Source of the DNA: Amnibacterium sp.
Lineage (GTDB): Bacteria; Actinomycetota; Actinomycetes; Actinomycetales; Microbacteriaceae
NCBI GenBank assembly: GCA_035996305.1
Contig: DASYJR010000009.1
Coordinates: 1 to 35,662, forward strand
Reading direction: 5' to 3'
DNA length: 35,662 nucleotides
Under the pieces are notes generated by a model. The model was not told where the DNA came from and did no database searches. It was given only the letters and a program-made list of their open reading frames with translations. This document shows, one piece after another, positions 21,090-30,064 of this stretch (within the stretch, counting starts at the first letter, position 1; each line of letters opens with the position of its first letter). A program made the position numbers and the translations under genes.

Positions 21090-21931
21090 GCCGCCGCCAG
21101 GTCGTCCGCGATCGCGGCCACGATGCGCGAGAGCAGGTCGGCGAGGCGGGGCTCCGCCTCCTTGCCCGCCGCGAGGACCTCCGCATGGCTGAGCGGGGTC
21201 GACTGGACCCCCGCCGCGAGGTTCGTGATGAGCGACATCGCGAGCACCTCGACGCCGGCCTCCCTGGCGGCGATCGCCTCGAGCGCGGTCGACATGCCGA
21301 CGATCGAGCCGCCCATCGTGCGCGCCATCGCCACCTCGGCGGGCGTCTCGTAGTGGGGCCCGCGGAACTGCACGTAGACGCCCTCGTCGAGGCTCGGCTC
21401 CGCGCGGCGCGCGATCGCCCGGAGCCGGCGGGAGTAGAGGTCGGTGAGGTCGACGAAGGTGGCACCCTCGAGGGGCGACGCGGCCGTCAGGTTGATGTGG
21501 TCCTCGATGAGCACGGGCGTGCCCGCCGTCCAGTGCGGGCGGATGCCCCCGGCGCCGTTCGTGAGGACCATCACGCGCGCCCCGGCCACGGCGGCGGTGC
21601 GGACGCTGTGCACGACGCGGCGGACGCCGCGGCCCTCGTAGAAGTGGGTGCGCGCCCCGATCACGAGCGCGTGCAGGCCGTGCTCGAGCTCGATGGAGGT
21701 GAGCGTGCCCGAGTGCCCCGGCACGCCGGAGACGCTGAAGCCGGGCACGTCCTCCGCGGACACGACCGCGACGGTGCGGCCGAGCCGCTCGGCGGCGCGG
21801 CCCCAGCCGCTGCCGAGCGTGAGGGCGATGTCGTGCCGCGCGACGCCGGTGCGTTCCGCGAGCGCCGCGGCGGCGAGCTCGGCGACGGCGGTGGGTGGGG
21901 TCTCGGGGTCGTCGAGGGAGGGCTCGGGCAT
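21086..21931 (-). CDS. punA: Purine-nucleoside phosphorylase (trimeric type)
   Basis: LGSGWG, RTHFYEG, TNGAGG, GPHYETPAE, VGMST, TNLAAG..LSHAEV. Confidence 0.95.
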   Translation of the reverse strand: MPEPSLDDPETPPTAVAELAAAALAERTGVARHDIALTLGSGWGRAAERLGRTVAVVSAEDVPGFSVSGVPGHSGTLTSIELEHGLHALVIGARTHFYEGRGVRRVVHSVRTAAVAGARVMVLTNGAGGIRPHWTAGTPVLIEDHINLTAASPLEGATFVDLTDLYSRRLRAIARRAEPSLDEGVYVQFRGPHYETPAEVAMARTMGGSIVGMSTALEAIAAREAGVEVLAMSLITNLAAGVQSTPLSHAEVLAAGKEAEPRLADLLSRIVAAIADDLAAA

Positions 21932-21985
21932 GCCGCAATGCTACGAGCGACGGTCCCGGCGCCCCGATCCCGACAGAATGGCCGC

Positions 21986-23422
21986 ATGTCCTACGAGTTC
22001 GACCGCAAGCAGCGCATCGCGGTGATCGGCGGCGGCCCCGGCGGGTACGAGGCAGCGCTGGCCGGCGCCCAGCTCGGCGCCGACGTCACCATCGTCGAGC
22101 GCGTCGGGGTCGGCGGTTCCGCGGTGCTCACCGACGTGGTGCCCTCGAAGACCCTCATCGCGACCGCCGAGGCCACCGACGGCATCTCGGGCGCCGGGGA
22201 CCTCGGCGTGCAGTTCTCCGTGCCGAACGCCGCGGGCCGCGCCACCCGGCCGGACGTCGCGGTCAACCTCGCCGTGATCAACCGACGTGTGCGGGCGCTC
22301 GCTCGCCAGCAGTCCGACGACATGCGCACGAACCTCGAGAACGCGGGCGTCCGGATCCTCGCGGGGGAGGGGCGCCTCGACGCGCCCGGCCGCGTGATCG
22401 TCTCCACGGGAAAGGGCCGCACCGCCCACGACTTCGACGAGGTCGAGGCGGACACCGTGGTGATCGCCACCGGCTCGAGCCCGCGCAAGCTGCCCGCCGC
22501 GATGCCGGACGGGGAGCGGATCCTCACCTGGACGCAGCTCTACGAGCTCGACGAGGTGCCGGAGCACCTCATCGTCGTCGGCTCGGGCGTGACCGGCGCC
22601 GAGTTCGCCTCCGCCTACATGCAGCTCGGCAGCGAGGTCACCCTGATCTCGAGCCGCGACCGCGTGCTCCCCGGCGAGGACGCCGACGCCGCCGAGGTGC
22701 TCGAGGACGTCTTCACCCGCGGCGGCATGCACCTGCTGTCGCGCAGCCGTGCCACCTCGGTGCGCCGCGACGGCGACGGCGTGGTCGCGGTGCTCTCCGA
22801 CGGCCGCGAGGTGCACGGCAGCCACTGCCTCATGGCGGTCGGCTCCGTGCCGAACACGGACGGCATCGGCCTCGTGGAGGCGGGCGTGCAGCTCGCGCCG
22901 TCCGGCCACATCCGCGTGAACCGGGTCGCGAGCACCTCTCAGCCGTCCGTCTACGCCGCCGGGGACTGCACCACGTCGCTGCCGCTCGCCTCCGTGGCGT
23001 CGATGCAGGGCCGCACCGCCGTGTTCCACGCGCTGGGCGACGCCGTGACGCCGCTCGAGCTGCGCAACGTCACCTCGAACGTGTTCACGCAGCCCGAGAT
23101 CGCCACGGTCGGCTGGACGCAGCGGCAGATCGAGGACGGCATCGCGCAGGGCGAGATCTACAAGCTGCCGCTCAGCCAGAACCCCCGCGCGAAGATGCAG
23201 GGCCTCAAGGACGGCTTCGTGAAGCTGTTCGCCCGCACCGGATCGGGCACCGTCATCGGCGGCGTCATCGTGGCGCCCCGGGCGAGCGAGCTGATCCTGC
23301 CCATCGCCCTCGCGGTCGAGCACCGGCTCACCGTCGACCAGCTGGCGCGGGCGTTCAGCGTCTACCCGTCGCTCTCCGGGGCCATCACGGACGCGGCCCG
23401 CGCGATGCACATCGTGGCCTGA
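21986..23422 (+). CDS. lpdA: NAD(P)H-quinone dehydrogenase (LpdA-type flavoprotein disulfide reductase homologue)
   Basis: IGGGPGG, AVLTDVVPSK (redox Cys pair absent), GSGVTGAEFA, YAAGDC, VYPSLSG (no His-Glu dyad); CAGAAT -10 lies 6 nt before ATG. Confidence 0.9.
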   Translation: MSYEFDRKQRIAVIGGGPGGYEAALAGAQLGADVTIVERVGVGGSAVLTDVVPSKTLIATAEATDGISGAGDLGVQFSVPNAAGRATRPDVAVNLAVINRRVRALARQQSDDMRTNLENAGVRILAGEGRLDAPGRVIVSTGKGRTAHDFDEVEADTVVIATGSSPRKLPAAMPDGERILTWTQLYELDEVPEHLIVVGSGVTGAEFASAYMQLGSEVTLISSRDRVLPGEDADAAEVLEDVFTRGGMHLLSRSRATSVRRDGDGVVAVLSDGREVHGSHCLMAVGSVPNTDGIGLVEAGVQLAPSGHIRVNRVASTSQPSVYAAGDCTTSLPLASVASMQGRTAVFHALGDAVTPLELRNVTSNVFTQPEIATVGWTQRQIEDGIAQGEIYKLPLSQNPRAKMQGLKDGFVKLFARTGSGTVIGGVIVAPRASELILPIALAVEHRLTVDQLARAFSVYPSLSGAITDAARAMHIVA

Positions 23423-23430
23423 TCAGGGCG

Positions 23431-23448
23431 GACGCCCGAACTGGGGAC
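23431..23448 (+). promoter_or_regulatory. Putative response-regulator box upstream of the SGNH-GAF gene
   Basis: GACGCC-CGAACT-GGGGAC, ending 24 nt before TACCGT (23473-23478); matches boxes at 27271 and 31308. Confidence 0.55.
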
Positions 23449-23502
23449 TGCCCCTCCCGCGCGTCGCGCGCCTACCGTCGACCGACCCATCGATGGAGTG
23501 CT

Positions 23503-24717
23503 ATGGCGATGTACGAGTACCTCCGGCCGATCACCCGGCTCTGGTACGCGCGCGCCCTCGGCGCGGGACCCCTCCCGCCGAAGCCCCGTGACATGCCCGT
23601 CGTGCGTTCGGGCGACCCGGACGCCGACCGCGTCCTGCTGCTCGGCAACGGACCCGCGAGCGGATGGGGCACCCTGACCTACCAGCTCTCCCTGGTGGGC
23701 CACCTCGCTCGTGCCCTCACCGGCCGGACCGGCACCGCGTGGGACGCCGACTTCGTCGGCGAGGAGCAGATGAACATGGCCTCCGCGTCGGCCTGGCTCG
23801 GGAACTCGGACGTGGCCTCGTGCCGCGCGGCCGTGCTGGTGCTCGGCACCAACGACGCCCTCCGCCTCACGCCGGTGCAGGACTGGGAGCGGGACCTCAC
23901 GGCGCTGCTCGACCGGCTCGAGCGGGAGATGCAGGGGCGCCCCGTGGTCGTCGCCGGCATCGTCATCCCGAGTCGCAGCAGCCGGTTCGTCGGCCCGTTC
24001 GCCGGTGTCGCCGACCATCACGCGCTGGTGCTGAACGCGGCGACGGAGCGGATCGTCGCGGCACGGCCGTCCGTGCGGTTCCACCCGCTGCCGCCCGCGA
24101 AGGTGCAGCCCTTCGACTCGTCCGCCGCCTACCAGGAGCTCGGCCACAAGCTGGCCGAGGTCGTGCACGACGCGCTGCGGACGCAGCACGGCACGGTGCC
24201 CGCCGCGACCGCGCGGCACTGGGAGTGGGACGTCGCGCCCCAGATCGTCGAGATCACCCGTACCGGCGGATCCGAGGTGCTGCAGCGCATCGCGGACGAG
24301 GCCCGCGCGGAGTTCGGCGTGGCGATGGCCACCGTCAGCATCCTCGACGGCGACCGCCTCTACTACACGATCAACACCGACCGGCTGCCGAACTCGGTGC
24401 CCCGCGATCTCTCGCACTGCAAGGTGGTCGTGGACTCCGACGAGCCCCTGGTCGTGCCGAACAGCAGCCGCGACGAGCGCTTCCGCGGCAACCCGCTGCT
24501 CGGCGTCACCCACGCGGCGTTCTACGCCGGCTTCCCGCTGCACGCGGCCGACGGGCACACCGTCGGGGCCCTCTGCCTCCTCCACGGCCTGCCGAAGAGC
24601 GAGCGGTCGGTGCCGATCGCGGCGCTCGAGCGGTTCGCTCTGCAGGCCCAGGACGAGCTCCAGCGCCTCGAGCTCGCCGCACGGCGGACCGCTGTCGAGG
24701 CGGAGTCGCTCGTCTGA
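23503..24717 (+). CDS. SGNH/GDSL-like domain fused to a C-terminal GAF domain
   Basis: VLLLGNGPASGWG and VLGTNDAL (SGNH blocks I and III); RDLSHC...LVVPNSSRDERFRGNPLL...FYAGFPL...TVGALCLL (GAF); GGAG RBS. Confidence 0.82.
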   Translation: MAMYEYLRPITRLWYARALGAGPLPPKPRDMPVVRSGDPDADRVLLLGNGPASGWGTLTYQLSLVGHLARALTGRTGTAWDADFVGEEQMNMASASAWLGNSDVASCRAAVLVLGTNDALRLTPVQDWERDLTALLDRLEREMQGRPVVVAGIVIPSRSSRFVGPFAGVADHHALVLNAATERIVAARPSVRFHPLPPAKVQPFDSSAAYQELGHKLAEVVHDALRTQHGTVPAATARHWEWDVAPQIVEITRTGGSEVLQRIADEARAEFGVAMATVSILDGDRLYYTINTDRLPNSVPRDLSHCKVVVDSDEPLVVPNSSRDERFRGNPLLGVTHAAFYAGFPLHAADGHTVGALCLLHGLPKSERSVPIAALERFALQAQDELQRLELAARRTAVEAESLV

Positions 24718-24723
24718 GCGGTG

Positions 24724-26058
24724 TCAGGCGCCGGCAGCCCGCCGGCGCTCTGCGGGAACGGCGCCCAGCACGGCCTCGGCCGGGCGGCCCTTGCCGCCCG
24801 TGATCGGGAACAGCGACGGTGCGGCGATCGGCCCGGTCGGCGTCGTGGTGCGGGCGGCGCCCCGCAGCGCGGCCCCGAGGGCGGCGGTGGCCCGCAGCGG
24901 CCCGGCGGCGACGCTCGCGCCGAGGATCCGCAGCGCGGTGCGGCGCGACGGGACGTACCAGAGGAAGAACGCCGCCCGCACGGTCCAGGCGACGATGCCG
25001 GACATCCGGATGCCGTAGACGCGGGCCACGGCCTTGCCGGGCGCGAACGCGGCGACCGTGCCGATCCCGCGGAAGCCGAGCCGCCGGGCGGCGCCGCCGC
25101 GGACCTCCCTGGCGATGTTGCGGCCGACTCGGGTGCCGGCGCGGATGGCCCAGATCGCGTCCTTGGAGGCGAGGGCGCCGCCCGGCGTGCGCACCGCGGC
25201 GACGTCGCCGGCGCTCCAGATCCGGTCGGTGACGCGGAGCACGTCGTCGACCTGCAGGAGCCCGTCGGCGCGCTGCCACCGCTCGAGGCCGGGGAGGCCG
25301 GGGACCGCGTTGCCGAGGGTCGCGACGACCGTCGCGGCGGGGATGACGGCGCCGGAGGCGAGCCGCACGCCGTACTCGTCGACGCGGGCGACGCGGGCGT
25401 CGGGCAGCACCGTCACCGCTGCCGCGTTGAGGTTGCGGAGCAGCCGGTCGTGCATCCACGGCTGGTCCCGCCAGGCGGGAGCGACCGCCGGCGACGCGGA
25501 GACGAGCACCACGCGGTGCGTGCCGCCGTAGCGGCGGCCGAGGGCGGCCGCGACCTCGGTGCCCGCGAACCCGCCGCCGGCGACGACGATCGTGCGGCGC
25601 CGCCGCGCGTCGTCCGGATCCGCTGCCGGCTCGGCCTCGAGCGCCGACAGGTGGTCGATGAGCGCGCCGACCTCGCCGGGGAACCGGAGGGGGAGCCCGT
25701 GCTCGGCCAGGCCCGGCACGGACGAGGACCGCTCCCGCGCCCCGGTCGCGACGACCAGGTGGTCGTACGCCACCTCGCGCCGGGTGCCCCGCCACTCGAC
25801 CGTGACGGTGCGGCGCTCGGCGTCGACCGCGGTCGCCCAGCCGCGCACCCGGGTGGCGTGCGGGAGGCACTCGGGAAGCGGGCTCACCTGCAGCGCTGCG
25901 GGCAGGTCGCCGCTCAGCACCTCGCCGGTGAATCCGTGGAACACGTGGTCCTCGAACGGCGCGACGACCGTGATGTCGGCGGATCTGCCGAGGTGCCGGC
26001 GCAGCGCCCGGTAGCACCAGATCGCGGAGTAGCCGCCGCCCAGCAGGACGATCCTCAT
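24724..26058 (-). CDS. NAD(P)/FAD-dependent oxidoreductase, NDH-2-like
   Basis: RIVLLGGGY, YDHLVVATG, VVAGGGFAGTEVA, IWSAGDVA; ATG 26058 overlaps the upstream stop. Confidence 0.82.
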   Translation of the reverse strand: MRIVLLGGGYSAIWCYRALRRHLGRSADITVVAPFEDHVFHGFTGEVLSGDLPAALQVSPLPECLPHATRVRGWATAVDAERRTVTVEWRGTRREVAYDHLVVATGARERSSSVPGLAEHGLPLRFPGEVGALIDHLSALEAEPAADPDDARRRRTIVVAGGGFAGTEVAAALGRRYGGTHRVVLVSASPAVAPAWRDQPWMHDRLLRNLNAAAVTVLPDARVARVDEYGVRLASGAVIPAATVVATLGNAVPGLPGLERWQRADGLLQVDDVLRVTDRIWSAGDVAAVRTPGGALASKDAIWAIRAGTRVGRNIAREVRGGAARRLGFRGIGTVAAFAPGKAVARVYGIRMSGIVAWTVRAAFFLWYVPSRRTALRILGASVAAGPLRATAALGAALRGAARTTTPTGPIAAPSLFPITGGKGRPAEAVLGAVPAERRRAAGA

Positions 26059-27155
26059 GCGGCCACCTCGTCGTTCGTGGGTGCGAATCCGGCCGTGCCG
26101 CCGAGGCCCGGCACCTCGACGGGCTCGCCGAAGCCGGTCGGGGGAGCGAGGTCGAAGCCGAGCGTCGCGTAGCGGTCCGCCAGGGCGTCCATGTGCTCGA
26201 CCTGGGCGAGGGTCGGCCGGCCGATGGTGCCGTGCGTGCGGTGCCCGTCGAGGGCGAGCAGGGCGGTCTCGGCGAGGCAGGCGAACGAGCTGCCGGCGTC
26301 GATGCCGATGCTCCGGCCTCGGCGGATCAGGCCGGGCGTGAGCACGAGGCCGCCGTCGACGACCGTCACGTCGGGCCGCCGGAGCAGGAGATCGGGCGTC
26401 GTGTTCCGCGGCTGGGTGTCGTCGATCACGACGGCGCCCGGCTTCAGGTGCTCCGGCTGCAGCACCGCGTCGATCGCGGACGTCATGAGCACGACGACGT
26501 CGGCACGGCGGCAGTCCGCGAGATCGACGGAGGCGGTCGCGACGGGGCCCAGGTCCTTCGCGAGCGCGGCGAGGGGGTTCGCGCTGCGGGCGACGAGCAG
26601 CAGCTCCGCGGCGACTCCGGTGCGGGCCAGCAGCCGGGCCACGGCCGCCCCGACCGAGCCGGTCGCGCCGACCAGCGCGATCACGGCGGGCCGGCCGAGC
26701 GCCGCGGCGACGGCCGCCGTCGCGCGGGCGGTGGCGGCCGCCGTGAAGGCGTTGCCGTTCGTGACGCCGACGTCGGTGCGGGTCCGCAGCCGGGCGCCGC
26801 CGGCGGTCGCCGGCGCGGTCAGCGCGCCGAGGCCGATCAGGCGCGCGCCCCGCGAGACCGCGAAGTCGACACCCTCGTCGATCCGTCGCTTCACGAACGC
26901 GCGATCCGCGCCGAGCAGCTGCCGCGGGCTGAGCGGCAGCACGATCACCTCCCCGAGCGGCTCGCCGGGTCGGTCCTGGGCCGAGATCGTCGCCTGCACC
27001 CACGGGCGCAGCGGCAGGCTCCGGAGGGCGCGCTCGTACACGGCGGTGGGCAGGGCGCCGAGCAGCGGATGCACGGTGGCGAGGTCGGCACGCAGGTCCG
27101 TGCGCGGATGCACGAGGAACGCGAACCGGCTCCGCGGCGACGACGGACCGTCCAC
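26055..27155 (-). CDS. Acyl-ACP reductase-like NAD(P)-dependent dehydrogenase (COG5322-like)
   Basis: FAFLVHP, IGLGALT, VTNGNAFTA, VGATGSVG Rossmann motif, VVDGGLV, FACLAETALL; GTG at 27155. Confidence 0.78.
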   Translation of the reverse strand: MDGPSSPRSRFAFLVHPRTDLRADLATVHPLLGALPTAVYERALRSLPLRPWVQATISAQDRPGEPLGEVIVLPLSPRQLLGADRAFVKRRIDEGVDFAVSRGARLIGLGALTAPATAGGARLRTRTDVGVTNGNAFTAAATARATAAVAAALGRPAVIALVGATGSVGAAVARLLARTGVAAELLLVARSANPLAALAKDLGPVATASVDLADCRRADVVVLMTSAIDAVLQPEHLKPGAVVIDDTQPRNTTPDLLLRRPDVTVVDGGLVLTPGLIRRGRSIGIDAGSSFACLAETALLALDGHRTHGTIGRPTLAQVEHMDALADRYATLGFDLAPPTGFGEPVEVPGLGGTAGFAPTNDEVAA

Positions 27156-27255
27156 CTCTGCCCCCTGACCCGGATGGGGGCGCACAGCGACGGACGCCAC
27201 CACGGTGGCGGACGCGCGGACCGACCCCCGTCTGCCCGACTGATCCCCCCGCCCC

Positions 27256-27288
27256 GGCCCCCGAACGGGGAACCCCTGAACTGGGGAC
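27256..27288. promoter_or_regulatory. Tandem putative response-regulator boxes upstream of the reductase operon
   Basis: GGCCCC-CGAACG-GGGAAC (27256-27273) and AACCCC-TGAACT-GGGGAC (27271-27288). Confidence 0.55.
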
Positions 27289-27445
27289 GGAGCGACTGGT
27301 GCCACCATATCGGGGGGCACGGGCCCCTCCGCAAGTACCGGTTCGGTACCGGTCCGAGCGCGCCGCGGTCCCAGGGGATCCCGGGCATCGGGGAGCGCGC
27401 GCCGGAGGCGTCAGCGACGCCTCGCGAGCGCCCGAGCGGCTCCGC

Positions 27446-29263
27446 TCAGACGGCGGTCGCGAGCGCGGGCGAGGGGTCGAGGATCTCGAGCAGAACGGTG
27501 CCGGCCGCGACCGTCGAGCCGGCCTTCGCGGCGAGGCCCGAGATCACACCATCGCGGTGCGCCGTGATCGGCTGCTCCATCTTCATCGCCTCGAGCACCG
27601 CGACGAGGTCGCCGGCGACGACGCGCTGGCCGGACTCCACCACGACCTTGACGACGGTGGCCTGCATCGGCGCCTTGACCGTGTTCCCGGACGCACCGGT
27701 CGCCCGGCTCGTGGTGCTGCGACGACGCGGCGGGGGCGGGGGAGGGGTGAGCCCGCTGTCGCCCTTCGCGAGCGCGGACGGCAGGGACACCTCGATCCGC
27801 TTGCCGTTGACCTCGACGGTGACGCGGTGGCGGTCGTCGGCCGCAGCGCCGCGCGGGTCCAGGTCGCCGAGCGATCCGCTCCACGGCTCGAGGTCGTTGA
27901 CGAACTCGGTCTCGATCCACCGCGTGTGCACGGCGAAGACGCCGTCCTGGGCGGTGAACGCCGGGTCGCGCACCACGGCGCGGTGGAACGGGATCACGGT
28001 CGGCAGGCCGGCGACCTCGAACTCGGCGAGGGCGCGTCGGGAGCGCTCGAGGGCGTCCTTGCGGTCGGATCCGGTGACCACGAGCTTCGCGAGCATCGAG
28101 TCGAACGCGCCGGCGACCACGTCGCCGGTCGTGACGCCGGAGTCGATGCGGACGCCGGGGCCGCCCGGCACCCGGTAGGACTGCACGGGACCGGGGGACG
28201 GCAGGAAGTTGCGGCCGGGGTCCTCCCCGTTGATCCGGAACTCGAACGAATGCCCCCGCGCGACCGGGTCGTCGTAGCCGAGCTCCTCGCCCTCCGCGAG
28301 GCGGAACTGCTCACGCACCAGGTCGAGGCCGGTGACCTCCTCGGAGACGGGGTGCTCCACCTGCAGGCGCGTGTTCACCTCGAGGAACGAGACGGTGCCG
28401 TCCGCGCCGACGAGGAACTCGCAGGTGCCGGCGCCGACGTAGCCGGTCTCCTTCAGGATCGCCTTCGACGCCGAGTAGAGCAGCGCGGTCTGCTCCTCGG
28501 TGAGGAACGGCGCAGGCGCCTCCTCGACGAGCTTCTGGTGACGCCGCTGCAGCGAGCAGTCGCGCGTCGAGACCACGACGACGTTCCCGTGCACGTCCGC
28601 GAGGCACTGCGTCTCCACGTGGCGGGGCCGATCGAGGTACTTCTCCACGAAGCACTCCCCGCGGCCGAACGCACCGATCGCTTCGCGGGTCGCCGAGTCG
28701 AAGAGCTCGGGGATCTCCTCGCGGGTGCGGGCGACCTTGAGCCCGCGGCCGCCGCCGCCGAACGCCGCCTTGATCGCGATCGGCAGTCCGACCTCGTCGG
28801 CGAAGGCGAGGACCTCGCTCGCGTCGGCGACCGGATTCAGCGTGCCCGGCGCGAGCGGTGCCCCGACCCGTTCCGCGACGTGCCGCGCCGTCACCTTGTC
28901 GCCGAGCTGGTCGATGGCCGACGGCGGCGGCCCGATCCAGATCAGGCCCGCGTCGATCACGGCCTGCGCGAAGTCGGACCGTTCCGCGAGGAAGCCGTAG
29001 CCGGGGTGCACCGCGTCCGCACCGCTGCGGCGGGCGACGGAGAGCAGCTTCTCGACGACGAGGTACGTCTCCGCGCTCGTCGTGCCGTTCAGCGCGTACG
29101 CCTCGTCGGCGAGCCGAGCGTGGCGGGCGTCGCGGTCCTGATCGGCGTAGACGGCGACCGACGTGATGCCGGCGTCCCGGGCGGCGCGGATGATCCGCAC
29201 GGCGATCTCGCCCCGGTTCGCGATCAGCACCTTCGTGATCCGGCGCTGGTCTGGTCGCGACAT
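27446..29263 (-). CDS. accA: Acetyl/propionyl-CoA carboxylase alpha subunit (biotin carboxylase + BCCP)
   Basis: [46 protein letters not shown] biotinylation motif. Confidence 0.96.
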   Translation of the reverse strand: MSRPDQRRITKVLIANRGEIAVRIIRAARDAGITSVAVYADQDRDARHARLADEAYALNGTTSAETYLVVEKLLSVARRSGADAVHPGYGFLAERSDFAQAVIDAGLIWIGPPPSAIDQLGDKVTARHVAERVGAPLAPGTLNPVADASEVLAFADEVGLPIAIKAAFGGGGRGLKVARTREEIPELFDSATREAIGAFGRGECFVEKYLDRPRHVETQCLADVHGNVVVVSTRDCSLQRRHQKLVEEAPAPFLTEEQTALLYSASKAILKETGYVGAGTCEFLVGADGTVSFLEVNTRLQVEHPVSEEVTGLDLVREQFRLAEGEELGYDDPVARGHSFEFRINGEDPGRNFLPSPGPVQSYRVPGGPGVRIDSGVTTGDVVAGAFDSMLAKLVVTGSDRKDALERSRRALAEFEVAGLPTVIPFHRAVVRDPAFTAQDGVFAVHTRWIETEFVNDLEPWSGSLGDLDPRGAAADDRHRVTVEVNGKRIEVSLPSALAKGDSGLTPPPPPPRRRSTTSRATGASGNTVKAPMQATVVKVVVESGQRVVAGDLVAVLEAMKMEQPITAHRDGVISGLAAKAGSTVAAGTVLLEILDPSPALATAV

Positions 29264-29383
29264 GATCCCTCACCCTATTCGGGGCGGGCGCTGCTCCCTT
29301 GGAAGCGTGCGACAAAGTCCTGCGGGAAGCGCCGTCCGATTCCTACAGGACGACTCCGGTGCAGGGCTGTGAGGCGGTGGCCG

Positions 29384-30007
29384 TCAGCGTGACCAGAGAT
29401 CCGTCCACTCGACGCCCGTCGCCCGCACGAGGCGGCGCAGCGCAGGCAGCGACAGGCCCACGACGGTGGAGGGATCCCCCTCGATCCGGTCGATGAAGGG
29501 GCCGCCGAGGCTGTCGATCGTGAACGCGCCCGCGACCGCGAGCGGCTCGCCCGACGCGACGTACGCGGCGAGCTCCGCATCCGTGACGTCCGCGGCGAAA
29601 CGGACGAGCGCGCGGGTGACGAGCCCGTCGCCGCGGCCGGTGCGGCCGTCGATCAGCCACTGGCCGGAGTGCAGCACGCCCTCGCGGCCCCGCTGCGCCC
29701 GCCAGCGCTCGAGCGCCCGCTCCGGGGTCTCCGGCTTGCCGTGGACGTGCCCGTCGATCGCGAAGGCGGAGTCGCCGCCGAGCACGAGCGCGTCCTCCGC
29801 GCCGTGCACCGCCGCGACCGCCTCCGCCTTCGCCCGCGCGAGCAGCAGCACGGTCTCGCCGGCGTCGAGCGGCCGGCCGATCCGCTCCTCCTCGGCCGCC
29901 ACGGTGGCGGGCTCGTCCACGGCGGAGGGCACCACCTCGGGTTCGACGCCGGCGGCGCGCAGCAGCGCGAGCCGCGCGGGGGAGGTGGAGGCGAGCACGA
30001 GGCGCAT
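29384..30007 (-). CDS. maf: Maf-family nucleoside triphosphate pyrophosphatase
   Basis: LVLASTSPAR, LARAKA, GKP, YVASGEP..VAGAF, VVGL. Confidence 0.93.
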   Translation of the reverse strand: MRLVLASTSPARLALLRAAGVEPEVVPSAVDEPATVAAEEERIGRPLDAGETVLLLARAKAEAVAAVHGAEDALVLGGDSAFAIDGHVHGKPETPERALERWRAQRGREGVLHSGQWLIDGRTGRGDGLVTRALVRFAADVTDAELAAYVASGEPLAVAGAFTIDSLGGPFIDRIEGDPSTVVGLSLPALRRLVRATGVEWTDLWSR

Positions 30008-30064
30008 GGCGTCACGCTAACGGCGCCGCCTGCGCGACCCGCCCCGATCGGGCACCCTTGAGCC

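Noticed and set aside
21986-23422. Missing redox cysteines as a sign of a pseudogene or novel enzyme
   Set aside because: Loss of the disulfide and His-Glu pair is the known hallmark of actinobacterial LpdA quinone reductases; the frame is intact.
27690-27760. Poly-Pro/Arg low-complexity stretch in accA
   Set aside because: Ordinary flexible linker before the biotinyl domain.
29270-30056. Extra box-like sequences at 29270-29287 and about 30040-30056
   Set aside because: Weak match or wrong spacing; CCC/GGG dyads can arise by chance in GC-rich DNA.
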